From positions 86,411-150,410 of the forward strand of contig JBFLZR010000002.1 of assembly GCA_040756055.1 (NCBI GenBank): DNA of 64,000 nt, written 5' to 3'. The notes under the pieces were generated by a model. That model saw nothing but the letters and a program-made list of their open reading frames with translations, did no database searches and was not told the DNA's origin. This DNA comes from Candidatus Zixiibacteriota bacterium (lineage in GTDB: Bacteria > Zixibacteria > MSB-5A5 > GN15 > FEB-12). The position numbers were made by a program, and so were the translations under genes. The number at the start of each line of letters is the position of its first letter. Position 1 is the first letter of the stretch. This document shows, in pieces, positions 37,204-47,487 of this stretch.

Positions 37204-37932
37204 ATGAAACTCGCCTTAATATCGGACATCCATGGTAATCTTGAGGCACTGGTTTCAGTTCTTAACCACATCGAAAAGCAGAAGGTCGACAAGATCTATT
37301 GTCTTGGAGATGTGATCGGCTATGGAAGCGACCCGGTAAGCTGTCTGGAACTGGTCGGGAAAAACTGTGACGTGAAGCTCATGGGGAACCACGAGTACAC
37401 GGCGCTCGGCCTGACAGGCACTGATGACTACAATCCGGCCGCCCGGAAATCATCGGACTGGACACGTGAGCAACTCACCGACCGCGAGCAGTCGATTATC
37501 GCGGAATACGAGATGATCCACCCGACCGGGGATATACTCCTTGTACACGCGTCTCCCCACCAGCCCGACCAGTGGCACTATATCATGACTCCCGACGCGG
37601 CCCGGAAAGCCTTCGACAGCTTCTCGGCGAAGCTGTGCTTCTACGGGCACTCTCATGTGCCGCAGATTTTCTGTGAGCGCGAGCCGGAACTCCCGCGCAT
37701 GCAGGTGGGACACGACTTTTTGCCCGATGAAGAAGGTCGCTACCTTATAAATGTGGGTTCGGTGGGACAGCCCCGCGATAACGACGCCCGGGCCTGTTAC
37801 GCCATCTTCGATACGGATGAATATGAAGTCCTCTACCACCGGGTAGAATATGATATTGAGACGACCCAGGAAAAAATGACACAGGCGAAATTGCCTCGTA
37901 CATTGGTCACCCGGCTGAGCGCCGGCAGATAG
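37204..37932 (+). CDS. metallophosphoesterase (calcineurin-like Ser/Thr phosphatase family)
   Basis: Track ORF of 242 aa. ATG abuts the FHA gene stop. SDIHGN, GDVIGYG, GNHE and GHSH metal-binding motifs. Confidence 0.75.
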   Translation: MKLALISDIHGNLEALVSVLNHIEKQKVDKIYCLGDVIGYGSDPVSCLELVGKNCDVKLMGNHEYTALGLTGTDDYNPAARKSSDWTREQLTDREQSIIAEYEMIHPTGDILLVHASPHQPDQWHYIMTPDAARKAFDSFSAKLCFYGHSHVPQIFCEREPELPRMQVGHDFLPDEEGRYLINVGSVGQPRDNDARACYAIFDTDEYEVLYHRVEYDIETTQEKMTQAKLPRTLVTRLSAGR

Positions 37933-37944
37933 GTCAGGGAAATC

Positions 37945-40407
37945 ATGAACAAGTACGCACCATATATTCTGTACCTGCTGATATCGATACTGGTAGCCTT
38001 ATTGTACTTGAACGGGTTTGCCCCTCTGGATAGCCTGCAAAGATCAATAAACGACCTGCTCTGCCGTATCACGGCTTCCGACGACGCTATCTCTAACGTC
38101 GTCTTCGTATCCATAGACAGCCGCGCCCAGAACGAATACGGCGACTGGCCGTGGAACCACGATCTGATAGGGGATCTTCTGGCAGCCACCGCTACCGGCG
38201 AACCCAAGGCGATAGTCGTCGATTTCGTCATATCCGAAGATGCCCGTCAGGATTCCGCGGGCTACACCGATATCCTGGCCGAACAACTCGCCTGGATGAA
38301 CAATGTTGTGATGCCTTACGACGTAGCTCTGGCTACCTTCCGTATCAACACAACATTAAACCCCAAATATCTGTTCAATTTTTCGGTCACGGTGGACAAT
38401 CCTCTGGGAATTATGGAAGAAGACGCCAGCCTGCAGGTTCGCAAAGTCTTCCTTCCGGCGGAAAAAGTGCTCGAGAGCAATCCTTATCTCGGATATGATT
38501 ATTCCATGCCCGACGACGACAAAGTCTTGCGCCACCAGTCAATGGTGATGAATTACTCCGGATACTATTATCCATCATTATCACTTCTCGGCGCGGCCGT
38601 CTATCTCGGAGTCCCTCCGGACCAGATAAAAGTTATCGAAAAAAAGGAAATCCAGATCGGCACCAGGTCTACGATTCCATTAAACGACAAATCGGAATTC
38701 TTGGTGAACTTCCCGACCGAAAGCAGTTTCCGGCGCTACTCGGCAGCCGATGTTCTCGCCGAAGGATTCGACCTCGCTAAACTCAAAGGCAAGCTGGTTG
38801 TTGTCGACTATGAGGACTTTTCCAACGGTCTGACCTTCAAAACACCGGTGCACAAGCAAGTCTCCAGATCAATTATAACCGCCTCGGTGGCCGAGAACAT
38901 CATCAATAGCAACATTTTGACACCGAAGACCGATACGACGCTGCTCGGCCTGATTATAATTTTCGTCATCGGCGGCATCTGTGCCTTCGCCATGCCTCAG
39001 GTGTCGCTGCTGTACCGAGCCGTCATTCTCGTGGGCGCCATGATAATTCTTGCGAACATCGATTATTTCCTCTTCAGTTCCTTCAAAGTCATCGTGAACA
39101 CCGTCTACTTTGGAGCTGAGCTGTTCTTGTTTATGCTGGCTTCGCCGCTTCTGGACTCACAGATGATGCTGAACGCGACCGGCCAAACAAAAACAAGGCG
39201 GTCCGGAGTACCGAAAATCAAGGTAAACAAGCATGCCGGGCAGAGCGAACAACCGGTCGTGGTCCGACAACTGAGAGATGAGACAAGCGCTATCGAAAAT
39301 CAGGAGACAACCGCCATCAACGATGATGCCCCGGCCTATCCCGAAGACCACCAGGCTATTGAAATTGATTCCGCCGAAACCGTAGTCGGCCAGTTCGACT
39401 CGTCCGAAATAGCCGAGCCGGTTTACGAGTCAGACTCGGACGGCCCGGACGAAGCCGACTACTCTTCTGCTGAAATCATCTCCGGTGAAAGCGAAGAAAT
39501 ACGCGACGATTCGGATTCGGCCGAAATCAGCGTTGGCGAAGACACCGGCTCCATCACCGGAGCCTTCAATCAGCCCAAAATAACACATCTCGGAAGATAC
39601 CAGATTACCCAAACAGTGGGTAAGGGCGCTATGGGACATGTTTACAAAGGCATCGACCCGGCTATTAACCGCCCCGTTGCCCTCAAGACAATCCGTCTCG
39701 ACTTCGTCAACGATCCGGCGGAAATGGAAGAGCTGAAAGAACGCCTGTTCCGCGAGGCTCAGGCGGCCGGTAAGCTCTCTCATCCAAATATCGTGACGAT
39801 TTATGATGTCGGCTCAGAGGGACATCTGCAATATATCGCTATGGAATTCCTCGATGGTCAGACGCTCGATGACATGATCAAAAAGAAAGTGAAGTTCAAC
39901 TACAAGATCATTGCGCAGATAATCGTCCAGATATGCAGCGCTCTCCAGTACGCACACGAGCAGGGAATTGTCCACCGCGACATTAAACCCGCCAATATCA
40001 TGGTTCTCAAAGACTATCGCGTCAAAGTCATGGATTACGGTATCGCCCGTATCGATTCCAACTCCATGACCAAAACCGGTATTGCCATGGGGACACCGAA
40101 TTACATTTCCCCCGAGCAATTGAGGGGTATGCCGGTTGATCAGAGGGCGGATATCTTCTCACTGGGTGTGGTGCTCTATGAGATGCTCCTGGGACGCAGG
40201 CCGTTCAAAGGCGAGAATATCACTTCGCTGATATACTCCACGCTCAACCACGAACCGGAGAAACCGTCGAACGTCAACCCGCAGATACCGCTCTTGTTCG
40301 ACCATATCATCGGCAAGGCTCTCAAAAAGAACCCCGCCGAGAGATACCAGAAAGCCAGCGAACTGAGCGCCGACCTCCACGAATTCGTCGAATCGTTCGT
40401 GAACTGA
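37945..40407 (+). CDS. CHASE2 sensor-domain transmembrane Ser/Thr protein kinase
   Basis: Track ORF of 820 aa. N-terminal TM plus a CHASE2-like periplasmic domain, TM helices, an acidic linker, then Hanks-type kinase subdomains (GKGAMGHVYKG, ALK, HRDIKPANIMV, DYGIAR, SPEQ). Confidence 0.85.
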   Translation: MNKYAPYILYLLISILVALLYLNGFAPLDSLQRSINDLLCRITASDDAISNVVFVSIDSRAQNEYGDWPWNHDLIGDLLAATATGEPKAIVVDFVISEDARQDSAGYTDILAEQLAWMNNVVMPYDVALATFRINTTLNPKYLFNFSVTVDNPLGIMEEDASLQVRKVFLPAEKVLESNPYLGYDYSMPDDDKVLRHQSMVMNYSGYYYPSLSLLGAAVYLGVPPDQIKVIEKKEIQIGTRSTIPLNDKSEFLVNFPTESSFRRYSAADVLAEGFDLAKLKGKLVVVDYEDFSNGLTFKTPVHKQVSRSIITASVAENIINSNILTPKTDTTLLGLIIIFVIGGICAFAMPQVSLLYRAVILVGAMIILANIDYFLFSSFKVIVNTVYFGAELFLFMLASPLLDSQMMLNATGQTKTRRSGVPKIKVNKHAGQSEQPVVVRQLRDETSAIENQETTAINDDAPAYPEDHQAIEIDSAETVVGQFDSSEIAEPVYESDSDGPDEADYSSAEIISGESEEIRDDSDSAEISVGEDTGSITGAFNQPKITHLGRYQITQTVGKGAMGHVYKGIDPAINRPVALKTIRLDFVNDPAEMEELKERLFREAQAAGKLSHPNIVTIYDVGSEGHLQYIAMEFLDGQTLDDMIKKKVKFNYKIIAQIIVQICSALQYAHEQGIVHRDIKPANIMVLKDYRVKVMDYGIARIDSNSMTKTGIAMGTPNYISPEQLRGMPVDQRADIFSLGVVLYEMLLGRRPFKGENITSLIYSTLNHEPEKPSNVNPQIPLLFDHIIGKALKKNPAERYQKASELSADLHEFVESFVN

Positions 40408-40439
40408 TAACATCAACGACAGAAGAGCGAAAAACAAAA

Positions 40440-40463
40440 GCCGCTACCAATTAAGGTAGCGGC
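40440..40463. terminator. terminator hairpin (GCCGCTACC-aattaa-GGTAGCGGC) with A-run upstream / T-run on the minus strand
   Basis: A perfect 9-bp stem between the kinase stop (40407) and the end of the minus-strand gene (40532). A second hairpin plus T-rich tract at about 40499..40545 may serve the plus strand. Confidence 0.5.
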
Positions 40464-40531
40464 CTCTCTCATTACTGCCGAATTCTCGGAAGTGAGGGAC
40501 GTCGCGCTTTACGCGTGACGTTTCAATTTTT

Positions 40532-40999
40532 CTATTTTTCCTTCTGATCCGACAGTATTTCTTCGGCTAACGAAAGAGCCACGCCGGAAAGCATCACCTC
40601 GACTCCAAGCTGAGTGAAATCGGACGATATCAGCTCCCGGTTAAGCGCCGCGTACAGAGAACACGAAGCACCGCGCTCCACAACCAGTCCCGAAAGTCGG
40701 CTCCCTGATTCCGAAACGAAAGTTACTTCGCCGAGCTCCTCCGACACCACGTAGCCGGTACAATTATGGAGCTGCAGATGCGAATTGCCGGTATACACCA
40801 CCACCAGCATTCCTCTCGTCTTTCCCAGTGAGGTTTGCGGGAATATTTCGAGAGAGAGACTCCGGCGCTCCTCGTTATTGACGACCTTCAGACGGAACTT
40901 GTCCTTGTCTTCGGTAATCTTTTCGGCGCCAAGTATGCCGCCGATCTTCTCCGCTTCATCTCTGCTGAAAATCTTCTCTTTGGCTGGTTTGTTACTCAT
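40532..40999 (-). CDS. hypothetical protein
   Basis: Track ORF of 155 aa, 21 nt downstream of tatA on the same strand. No recognisable motif. Confidence 0.5.
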   Translation of the reverse strand: MSNKPAKEKIFSRDEAEKIGGILGAEKITEDKDKFRLKVVNNEERRSLSLEIFPQTSLGKTRGMLVVVYTGNSHLQLHNCTGYVVSEELGEVTFVSESGSRLSGLVVERGASCSLYAALNRELISSDFTQLGVEVMLSGVALSLAEEILSDQKEK

Positions 41000-41020
41000 A
41001 TAACCGAATTTCGATTTATA

Positions 41021-41248
41021 TTAACCGTTCTTTTTCTCTTTGTCATTCGTCGTGGGCGGTTCGTTCATCGAACCCTTTATCTCATCGGTTGTATCCTTCA
41101 TCGCTCTCTTGAATTCCCGAATCCCTTTTCCCAGTCCCTGCGCGATATCGGGCAACCTCTTGGCGCCAAACAAAAGCAGGACAACCAGAAAGATGAGTAA
41201 CAATTCCCAGGGACCCATTCCAAACATAAAAAATACCTCCTGGTACAC
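41021..41248 (-). CDS. tatA: twin-arginine translocase subunit TatA/E
   Basis: Track ORF of 75 aa. [42 protein letters not shown] is canonical TatA. The true start is probably the internal MFGMG. Confidence 0.8.
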   Translation of the reverse strand: MYQEVFFMFGMGPWELLLIFLVVLLLFGAKRLPDIAQGLGKGIREFKRAMKDTTDEIKGSMNEPPTTNDKEKKNG

Positions 41249-41257
41249 CGGTTTAAC

Positions 41258-41524
41258 TTAAATGTACCACCATCTAAAATATATAATAACCAGCAGAACC
41301 ACCAGCATTGACATAAAATTAATTTTCAACTTCAGCCCGAACGTGAACGAAACCGCGTAAAAGTCAACCTTGACCGTGTCAAACCCGACTACAATAGCCT
41401 TGGTAAAAACCGTCTTAGCGGCCCCGGCCGGAAGAAAAGTACCGATAATATCTCCAATCAGTCCGCCGAATACCGCGCCCAGTACCAGAGCGACAATAAT
41501 AAAAGTAAGTTCGCGCGATTTCAT
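41258..41524 (-). CDS. small membrane protein (DUF4321-like)
   Basis: Track ORF of 88 aa with two hydrophobic helices. Sits between purQ and tatA with gaps of 2 and 9 nt. Confidence 0.5.
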   Translation of the reverse strand: MKSRELTFIIVALVLGAVFGGLIGDIIGTFLPAGAAKTVFTKAIVVGFDTVKVDFYAVSFTFGLKLKINFMSMLVVLLVIIYFRWWYI

Positions 41525-41526
41525 GT

Positions 41527-42234
41527 TCAGCCCGCCATACTCAGTTTGCCCGCCGATGACCGGATCGATTGAAGCACCTTCACGCCATCGGAAGAACCCA
41601 AAATCGTCTCGACCGCCCGCTCAGGATGAGGCATCATCCCAAGTACGTTGCCGGTCCGATTTATTATACCGGCTATATTGTTAATCGAACCGTTCGGATT
41701 GGCCTCATCAGTAACATTGCCCGTCGCGTCTACATACCTGAACACGACCTGACCATTATCCTCGAGCCGTTCGATCTCATCATCGAAGTGATAGTAATTG
41801 CCCTCGCCGTGAGCAATCGGTATCCTGAGAACCTCCCCCTTGCGGCACTCGCGGGTGAAACTGGTGCCGCTGTTCTCCACCCGAAGGTGAACATATCTGC
41901 AGCTGAAACGCAGGGAGCGATTTCTAATCAAAGCCCCCGGCAACAGCCCGCACTCAGTAAGAACCTGAAAACCATTACAGATCCCGATCACAATGCCGCC
42001 CGTATTGGCGAAGTCAACAACCTTGTTCATAATCGGGGAAAACCTGGCAATTGCCCCCGCTCTCAGATAGTCACCATAAGAAAATCCGCCGGGAAGAATC
42101 ACCACATCGGATCCGGCCAAATCCTCGGACTTATGCCAGAGAAATACCACGTCTTCCTTCAGTATATTCTTAACCGCCGCGTAAGCGTCATAGTCGCAAT
42201 TGGCGCCCGGAAATGTAACCACACCGAACTTCAT
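41527..42234 (-). CDS. purQ: phosphoribosylformylglycinamidine synthase glutaminase subunit PurQ
   Basis: Track ORF of 235 aa. [28 protein letters not shown] (catalytic Cys) and MMPHPER motifs. Confidence 0.9.
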   Translation of the reverse strand: MKFGVVTFPGANCDYDAYAAVKNILKEDVVFLWHKSEDLAGSDVVILPGGFSYGDYLRAGAIARFSPIMNKVVDFANTGGIVIGICNGFQVLTECGLLPGALIRNRSLRFSCRYVHLRVENSGTSFTRECRKGEVLRIPIAHGEGNYYHFDDEIERLEDNGQVVFRYVDATGNVTDEANPNGSINNIAGIINRTGNVLGMMPHPERAVETILGSSDGVKVLQSIRSSAGKLSMAG

Positions 42235-42482
42235 CGGAGCTTCTCCACCTTGTAGTTCTCAATAACCGGGTTGCTCAGAAGCTTGGCGCACACCTCATCA
42301 ATATGCCGGTCAAGCTCAGCGCCATCGGCCCTGACTTCCAGCTCAAAAAACTTCCCTGAACGCACCGAGAGAAAATCGCCGTAACCCATCTGCTGCAAAG
42401 CCTTATGTATCGTCACCCCCTGCGGGTCAAGTACACCATCTTTCAACCTGACATAAACCGTAACCTTTTTAGAGTCACTCAT
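42231..42482 (-). CDS. purS: phosphoribosylformylglycinamidine synthase subunit PurS
   Basis: Track ORF of 83 aa. [14 protein letters not shown]...NPVIENY is typical PurS. A 4-nt overlap with purQ. Confidence 0.85.
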   Translation of the reverse strand: MSDSKKVTVYVRLKDGVLDPQGVTIHKALQQMGYGDFLSVRSGKFFELEVRADGAELDRHIDEVCAKLLSNPVIENYKVEKLR

Positions 42483-43233
42483 TATCAGTCCCTTTATCAG
42501 TTTTGCGTCGTCCGTATTCCCTGCCGGTCATCTTTCCCATCCCCACGCCAAATAGCCGGTATACCTCCCTGGCCATCCCGAACAATATATATAAAGCGAA
42601 AAACGGAAACAACAACAGTCTGGGCTTAAAAATGATAATGATACCGGCAATTACGAGGACAACCAGCCGCATACGATTCTGTGGTGTGTCGAAATTATCC
42701 GGGAATGCGTCGTACTCCACCTGAGAAACCATAAGAAAGGCAAACAGGATAATCATCGAGACCAGCCATTCGCTGTACTCCAGACCGCCCCACAGGTAAT
42801 AGCTGAAAATGATAAAGGTAACCATGGTCACAGCCGCGGCAGGGACGGGCAGCCCCACGAAATCCTTCTTCTCCTCGGTATCCGCCAGCAGGTTAAACCT
42901 GGCCAGCCGGTAGGCGGCTGACATGATATAGACAATCGAGATTATCCAGCCCCATTTCCCCATGTTGCTCAGCTTGATGGCGTGCACCAGGGTCGCCGGA
43001 GCCACACCGAACGAAAGAAAGTCCGCCAGCGAGTCAAGCTCAACGCCGAACTGCGATGACCCACCCGACAAACGCGCCACCTTGCCATCCAGCACATCCA
43101 GAAATCCTGCCAGAATGATAAACCAGCAGGCGGTCGTGATAGCTCCCTCAAATGCCGACAGAATAGCCAGAAATCCGCACACCACGTTACCCATGGTGAA
43201 AATTCCGGGCATCAAACCCCTATATCTGGACAT
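42475..43233 (-). CDS. pssA: CDP-diacylglycerol--serine O-phosphatidyltransferase (CDP-alcohol phosphatidyltransferase family)
   Basis: The track ORF extends to 43293 and overlaps psd by 74 nt. The start was trimmed to the internal Met (MSRYRGLMPGIFT). D-G-x2-A-R...G-x3-D-x3-D motif in LDVLDGKVARLSGGSSQFGVELDSLAD. Confidence 0.75.
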   Translation of the reverse strand: MSRYRGLMPGIFTMGNVVCGFLAILSAFEGAITTACWFIILAGFLDVLDGKVARLSGGSSQFGVELDSLADFLSFGVAPATLVHAIKLSNMGKWGWIISIVYIMSAAYRLARFNLLADTEEKKDFVGLPVPAAAVTMVTFIIFSYYLWGGLEYSEWLVSMIILFAFLMVSQVEYDAFPDNFDTPQNRMRLVVLVIAGIIIIFKPRLLLFPFFALYILFGMAREVYRLFGVGMGKMTGREYGRRKTDKGTDNE

Positions 43234-43924
43234 TGCTTCCCCTGGCACTGCTCTCCTCACCTGACTTTGCGGTTTTTTCCGGAAGGTAACCAATCACGCT
43301 TGTTCCACCGGCTACATGATCGCCCACCTTGACCTCTATCTGGCTTCCGGCAGACACGACCAACTCGGCCCTCGAGCCGAACTTTATCATACCAAAACGC
43401 TCACCGGCGGTCACCCGCGAACCTTGCTCCAGCCGGCAGACTACGCGCCGGGCAATTAAGCCGGCTATCTGTTTGAATATAAGCTTATGTCCGCCTTCCG
43501 CAGTCATACCGATTTCGGTCTGCTCGTTTAGATCCGAGGCTTTATCGGCATAGGCCACAAAGAATTTCCCCGGATTGTACTTCACGAAATCCACCACTCC
43601 CGTTGCCGGGACACGGTTGACGTGAACATCGAAAACCGACAGAAAGATCGAAACCTTAATAGCCGGCCCACCGATAAACTCATGATTTTGCAGCGTATCA
43701 ACGCCGATCACTTTGCCGTCCGCCGGAGCCACCAGCACACGTTCCTGCTCCACCGGCTTGCGCACCGGGTCCCGGAAGAAAAACACCGTGAACATCGTCA
43801 GCAGGGCAAACAGCGCGCTGATCGCAAACAGTACTTTGCTGTCCCAGCGCGATGCCGCCAGGATAAAACCGATCGTGATTACGACAGCCGTGAGTATGAG
43901 GTAAAGCCCTTCGCGTGCTATCAT
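43220..43924 (-). CDS. psd: phosphatidylserine decarboxylase proenzyme (short form)
   Basis: Track ORF of 234 aa. N-terminal TM helices. GMIKFGSRAELVV carries the G-S autocleavage site. Confidence 0.8.
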   Translation of the reverse strand: MIAREGLYLILTAVVITIGFILAASRWDSKVLFAISALFALLTMFTVFFFRDPVRKPVEQERVLVAPADGKVIGVDTLQNHEFIGGPAIKVSIFLSVFDVHVNRVPATGVVDFVKYNPGKFFVAYADKASDLNEQTEIGMTAEGGHKLIFKQIAGLIARRVVCRLEQGSRVTAGERFGMIKFGSRAELVVSAGSQIEVKVGDHVAGGTSVIGYLPEKTAKSGEESSARGSNVQI

Positions 43925-45216
43925 TTTCCGAATACCCGTTTAAAAATCTTACCGACATTCCTGGTATAATAACTCAAATCGAAACAGGAATCGATTTCGG
44001 CCTCCGACAAAAAGCCTCTGATCTCGGCATCTTTCTTGACCAGATCCCTGAACATCCCCTTTCCGGAATGCGCGGCCATCGCGCTTCGCTGAACCATACG
44101 ATAAGCTTTATCTCGCGAACCGACCGGACCGGTCAATTTCAGAAGAAGACGTTGTGAAAATACCACGCCCCCTTCAAAAAATATGTTTTCAATCATCCGT
44201 TTTTCGTTTACGACCAGTCCCTTGAGAAGTTCGTTAAATTTCTGCAGGCCATAGTCGATTATAATTGTTGCGTCGGGAATGATCACCCGCTCCACCGACG
44301 AATGCGCGATATCACGCTCGTGCCAGAGCGGGACATTTTCCATCGCCGACACGGCATAACCGCGAAGCATCCGGGCAATCCCGGTGATACGCTCGGCCGT
44401 AATCGGATTCTTCTTGTGCGGCATGGCCGAGGAACCCTTTTGACCTTTAGTGAAGCCTTCCGCCATCTCGCCTATTTCACTGCGCTGGAGATTGCGAATT
44501 TCGGTGGCGAATTTCTCGAGGGAAGACCCCAGAAGAGCCAGTGAAGTGATATAATGCGCGTGACGGTCTCTCTGAATCACCTGCGTGCTCACCTCGGCCG
44601 GTTTCAGCCCCAGACGACGACAGACTGCCGCCTCAACTTTCGGATCGAGGTTGGCGAAATTCCCCACCGCGCCGGATATCTTCCCGACCGATACCGCCTC
44701 GGTGGCCGCCTTGAATCTTTCCTGGGCCCTCTTGAGTTCGGTGTACCACACCGCGAATTTCAGCCCCACTGTGGTCGGCTCGGCCAGAATACCGTGTGTC
44801 CGCCCCATGCACGGGGTCATCTTGTATCTATTGGCCAGCGTTTTGATTTGCCGCAACGCTGTCGCGATCTTCTTATCAATAATAACCGACGCCCGTTTCA
44901 TCAGAAGCGAAAGCGATGTATCAAGCATATCCGACGACGTCATGCCAAAATGAAGATACTTCGCTTCATCGCCCACGTACTCAGAAACCGATGTTAAAAA
45001 GGCGATAACATCGTGATTGACTTCCTTCTCGATTTCGTTGATGCGGTCAACATTGAAACGGGCCTTTTTCTTAATGACAGTGTAAGCGCTCATCGGTATG
45101 ATCTTCATCCTGGCCATCGCATGAGCGGCCTCGACCTCAACCTCCAGCCACGTCTTGAATTTATTCTCCTCGGACCAGAGCGCCCCCATCTCTTTGAGAG
45201 TGTACCGTTGAATCAT
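43921..45216 (-). CDS. purB: adenylosuccinate lyase PurB
   Basis: Track ORF of 431 aa. RYTLKEMGALWSEENKF N-terminus, GMTSSD and GSSAMPHKKNP fumarase/lyase signature. Confidence 0.9.
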   Translation of the reverse strand: MIQRYTLKEMGALWSEENKFKTWLEVEVEAAHAMARMKIIPMSAYTVIKKKARFNVDRINEIEKEVNHDVIAFLTSVSEYVGDEAKYLHFGMTSSDMLDTSLSLLMKRASVIIDKKIATALRQIKTLANRYKMTPCMGRTHGILAEPTTVGLKFAVWYTELKRAQERFKAATEAVSVGKISGAVGNFANLDPKVEAAVCRRLGLKPAEVSTQVIQRDRHAHYITSLALLGSSLEKFATEIRNLQRSEIGEMAEGFTKGQKGSSAMPHKKNPITAERITGIARMLRGYAVSAMENVPLWHERDIAHSSVERVIIPDATIIIDYGLQKFNELLKGLVVNEKRMIENIFFEGGVVFSQRLLLKLTGPVGSRDKAYRMVQRSAMAAHSGKGMFRDLVKKDAEIRGFLSEAEIDSCFDLSYYTRNVGKIFKRVFGK

Positions 45217-45863
45217 CAGCCCTTATTCGCCTTTTTGTAGTCCGCGATGAATTTTTCCAAACCGATGTCTGTCAGCGGATGATTGATTAGACTCTTTATC
45301 ACTTTGAAAGGCATGGTGACTACATCCGCCCCCAGCATGGCCGCCTCGACAACGTGCATGGGATGACGCACCGATGCCACCAGCACCTCGGTGCTGAAAT
45401 TGTAATTGCCATAGATAGTGACTATCTGACTTATAAGCTCCATGCCATCGGTCGAGATATCATCCAGCCGCCCGATAAACGGAGAGACATATGTCGCGCC
45501 GGCTTTTGCCACCAGAAGCGCCTGGGTGGGACTGAATACCAGCGTGGCGTTGGTCATAATACCGCGTCCACTGAGAGTTTTGATAGCCCGCAGACCTTCG
45601 AGAATTGTCGGGATCTTGATGACGATATTATCAGCTATCTTAACCAGTTCTTCCGCTTCCTTAACCATGCCATCGTGATTGGTGGCAATTACCTCAGCCG
45701 AGACCGGCCCCGGCACTATCTTGCATATTTCTGTCAGCAGTTCGCGATAAGGAGCGGTTTCTTTCGCGGCCAGCGATGGATTGGTAGTAACACCATCAAG
45801 CACTCCCATGGAGGCGGCTTCTTTGATTTCAGCTATGTTTGCGGTATCGATGAAAAACTTCAT
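45216..45863 (-). CDS. tal: short-type transaldolase / fructose-6-phosphate aldolase (Fsa/TalC family)
   Basis: Track ORF of 215 aa. [16 protein letters not shown]...GVTTNPSL and IKIP (Schiff-base Lys). Confidence 0.85.
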   Translation of the reverse strand: MKFFIDTANIAEIKEAASMGVLDGVTTNPSLAAKETAPYRELLTEICKIVPGPVSAEVIATNHDGMVKEAEELVKIADNIVIKIPTILEGLRAIKTLSGRGIMTNATLVFSPTQALLVAKAGATYVSPFIGRLDDISTDGMELISQIVTIYGNYNFSTEVLVASVRHPMHVVEAAMLGADVVTMPFKVIKSLINHPLTDIGLEKFIADYKKANKG

Positions 45864-45869
45864 GCCTGA

Positions 45870-46634
45870 TTAATCCTTATGATAGCCTACGGACACCAGA
45901 TACAGGCCCTGGGCCGGAGCGGTGAATTTTATCCTCTCGGACGTTGAGGCTTTTATAATATCGCTAAAGCGGTCTAAAGTCAAGTTCAGCTTGTTCTTAT
46001 CGGGCTTGACCGAGGCCAGATTGATCATCGCCCCGACCAAAGATCGGATCATACTGTGCAGGAATCGGTTGCCCCTGATTTCAAACACATACAGCGGCCC
46101 CACCCGCCGCCACCGGGCTAATTCAATGCAGCAAACATTGTCGGCTTTGCGCGACGATACCACGCAAAAAGGGGCAAAATCATGCTCACCGACTATTTCG
46201 CGAGCAGCCGCCCCCAGAAGCTCGAAATCCAGCGGCTCGGTGTGTTCCCAGCGGTAATTGCGGTAAAGAGCCGATTTCTCCGTCCCGATCAGGTAACGAT
46301 ACCGTTTGAACAGAGCGCTGCGACGAGCGTCAAAATCAAGCGGCATCTGACAGGAGTCCTTGATCCGGATATCATCAGCCAGGTAATAATTGAGAGCATC
46401 GCGATATCGCGAAGGCTCCAGGTCGTGCTTGATCCTGAAATTGGCCACTTGCCCCAGAGCGTGGACACCGGCGTCGGTCCGACCGGCCCCGGTGAGCTTG
46501 ACTTTCTTCTGAGTGGTCTTGTAGACCGCCTCAATAACAGCATCCTGAATCGTGTCCTGACCGGCCTGAGACTGCCAGCCGCTATAGCCGGTGCCGTCGT
46601 ATTCGATTATCAGTCTTATGTTTTGCTCAGCCAT
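45870..46634 (-). CDS. truA: tRNA pseudouridine(38-40) synthase TruA
   Basis: Track ORF of 254 aa. IEYDGTGYSGWQ...GAGRTDAGVHA catalytic Asp motif. Confidence 0.9.
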   Translation of the reverse strand: MAEQNIRLIIEYDGTGYSGWQSQAGQDTIQDAVIEAVYKTTQKKVKLTGAGRTDAGVHALGQVANFRIKHDLEPSRYRDALNYYLADDIRIKDSCQMPLDFDARRSALFKRYRYLIGTEKSALYRNYRWEHTEPLDFELLGAAAREIVGEHDFAPFCVVSSRKADNVCCIELARWRRVGPLYVFEIRGNRFLHSMIRSLVGAMINLASVKPDKNKLNLTLDRFSDIIKASTSERIKFTAPAQGLYLVSVGYHKD

Positions 46635-46637
46635 GAT

Positions 46638-47441
46638 TTACACAGTCAGGAAGAACAACACTCCGATTGCCAGCGATACCAAAAGCATGAACATCCACTC
46701 CACCGGGCCAAAAAAGCTGCGCGAGTAAAAAGTCCGCTCGCTGCCGCTGCCATATCCACGGGCTTCGATAGCCAGAGCCAGTTCATCCGCCCTCTGAATA
46801 GCCGCCACAAACACCGGGATAATGATGCTGGTCGTCTTTTTCATTCGTGCGAAAAACGAACCGGTGAAAGACACCCCGCGCATCATCTGAGCGTTCCTGA
46901 TGGCCGTGAATTCATCATAGAGAATCGGAATAAAGCGCAAAGCTATAAACAGAATGAGCGCCAGATCATAAACCGGGACACGAAATCTCTCAAGCGGCCG
47001 AAACAGCCGCGTCATGGCGTCGCCCAGCTCCGATGGAGAATTTGTCAGCGTAATCAGAAAGGCTACGGATATGAAAATGACCAGCCGTAGCGAATAAAAC
47101 AGCGCCAGTTGCGCCCCTCCGGAGGTTATCTTCCAACCGAAGATGCTCACCAGGGCCTCGCTGTCACGGCCGGAAAATACCAGGTGATAAAGCGACGTGA
47201 CCACCACCAGTATAAGGATCGGTTTGAAATTGTTGGCCAGCGTCCGCCAGCCCACACCGGAGAACAAAAGAGCCGCAATCATCGCCAGCAGAATCGTGAC
47301 ATAAAAGATCACCGAGTCTGTAAGGAGCGCAAGAATCAAAATTAGCGTAACCGGAACGATTTTCGAACGGGCATCCAGGCGGTGCAGAAAAGAATCGAGG
47401 GGCCGGTACTGCCCCAGAAGTATCGGGGTTTTCTGAAACAT
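46638..47441 (-). CDS. ecfT: energy-coupling-factor transporter transmembrane subunit EcfT (CbiQ family)
   Basis: The track ORF runs to 47594. It was trimmed to Met52 (MFQKTP..., ATG 47441..47439) to avoid overlapping the small Cys-rich gene. Polytopic, with the C-terminal ARGY motif (ALAIEARGYGSG). Confidence 0.7.
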   Translation of the reverse strand: MFQKTPILLGQYRPLDSFLHRLDARSKIVPVTLILILALLTDSVIFYVTILLAMIAALLFSGVGWRTLANNFKPILILVVVTSLYHLVFSGRDSEALVSIFGWKITSGGAQLALFYSLRLVIFISVAFLITLTNSPSELGDAMTRLFRPLERFRVPVYDLALILFIALRFIPILYDEFTAIRNAQMMRGVSFTGSFFARMKKTTSIIIPVFVAAIQRADELALAIEARGYGSGSERTFYSRSFFGPVEWMFMLLVSLAIGVLFFLTV

Positions 47442-47487
47442 AATGGCTTTTTCCAAAGGGATAATATAGGTGGCCACTAAGGCGGTG

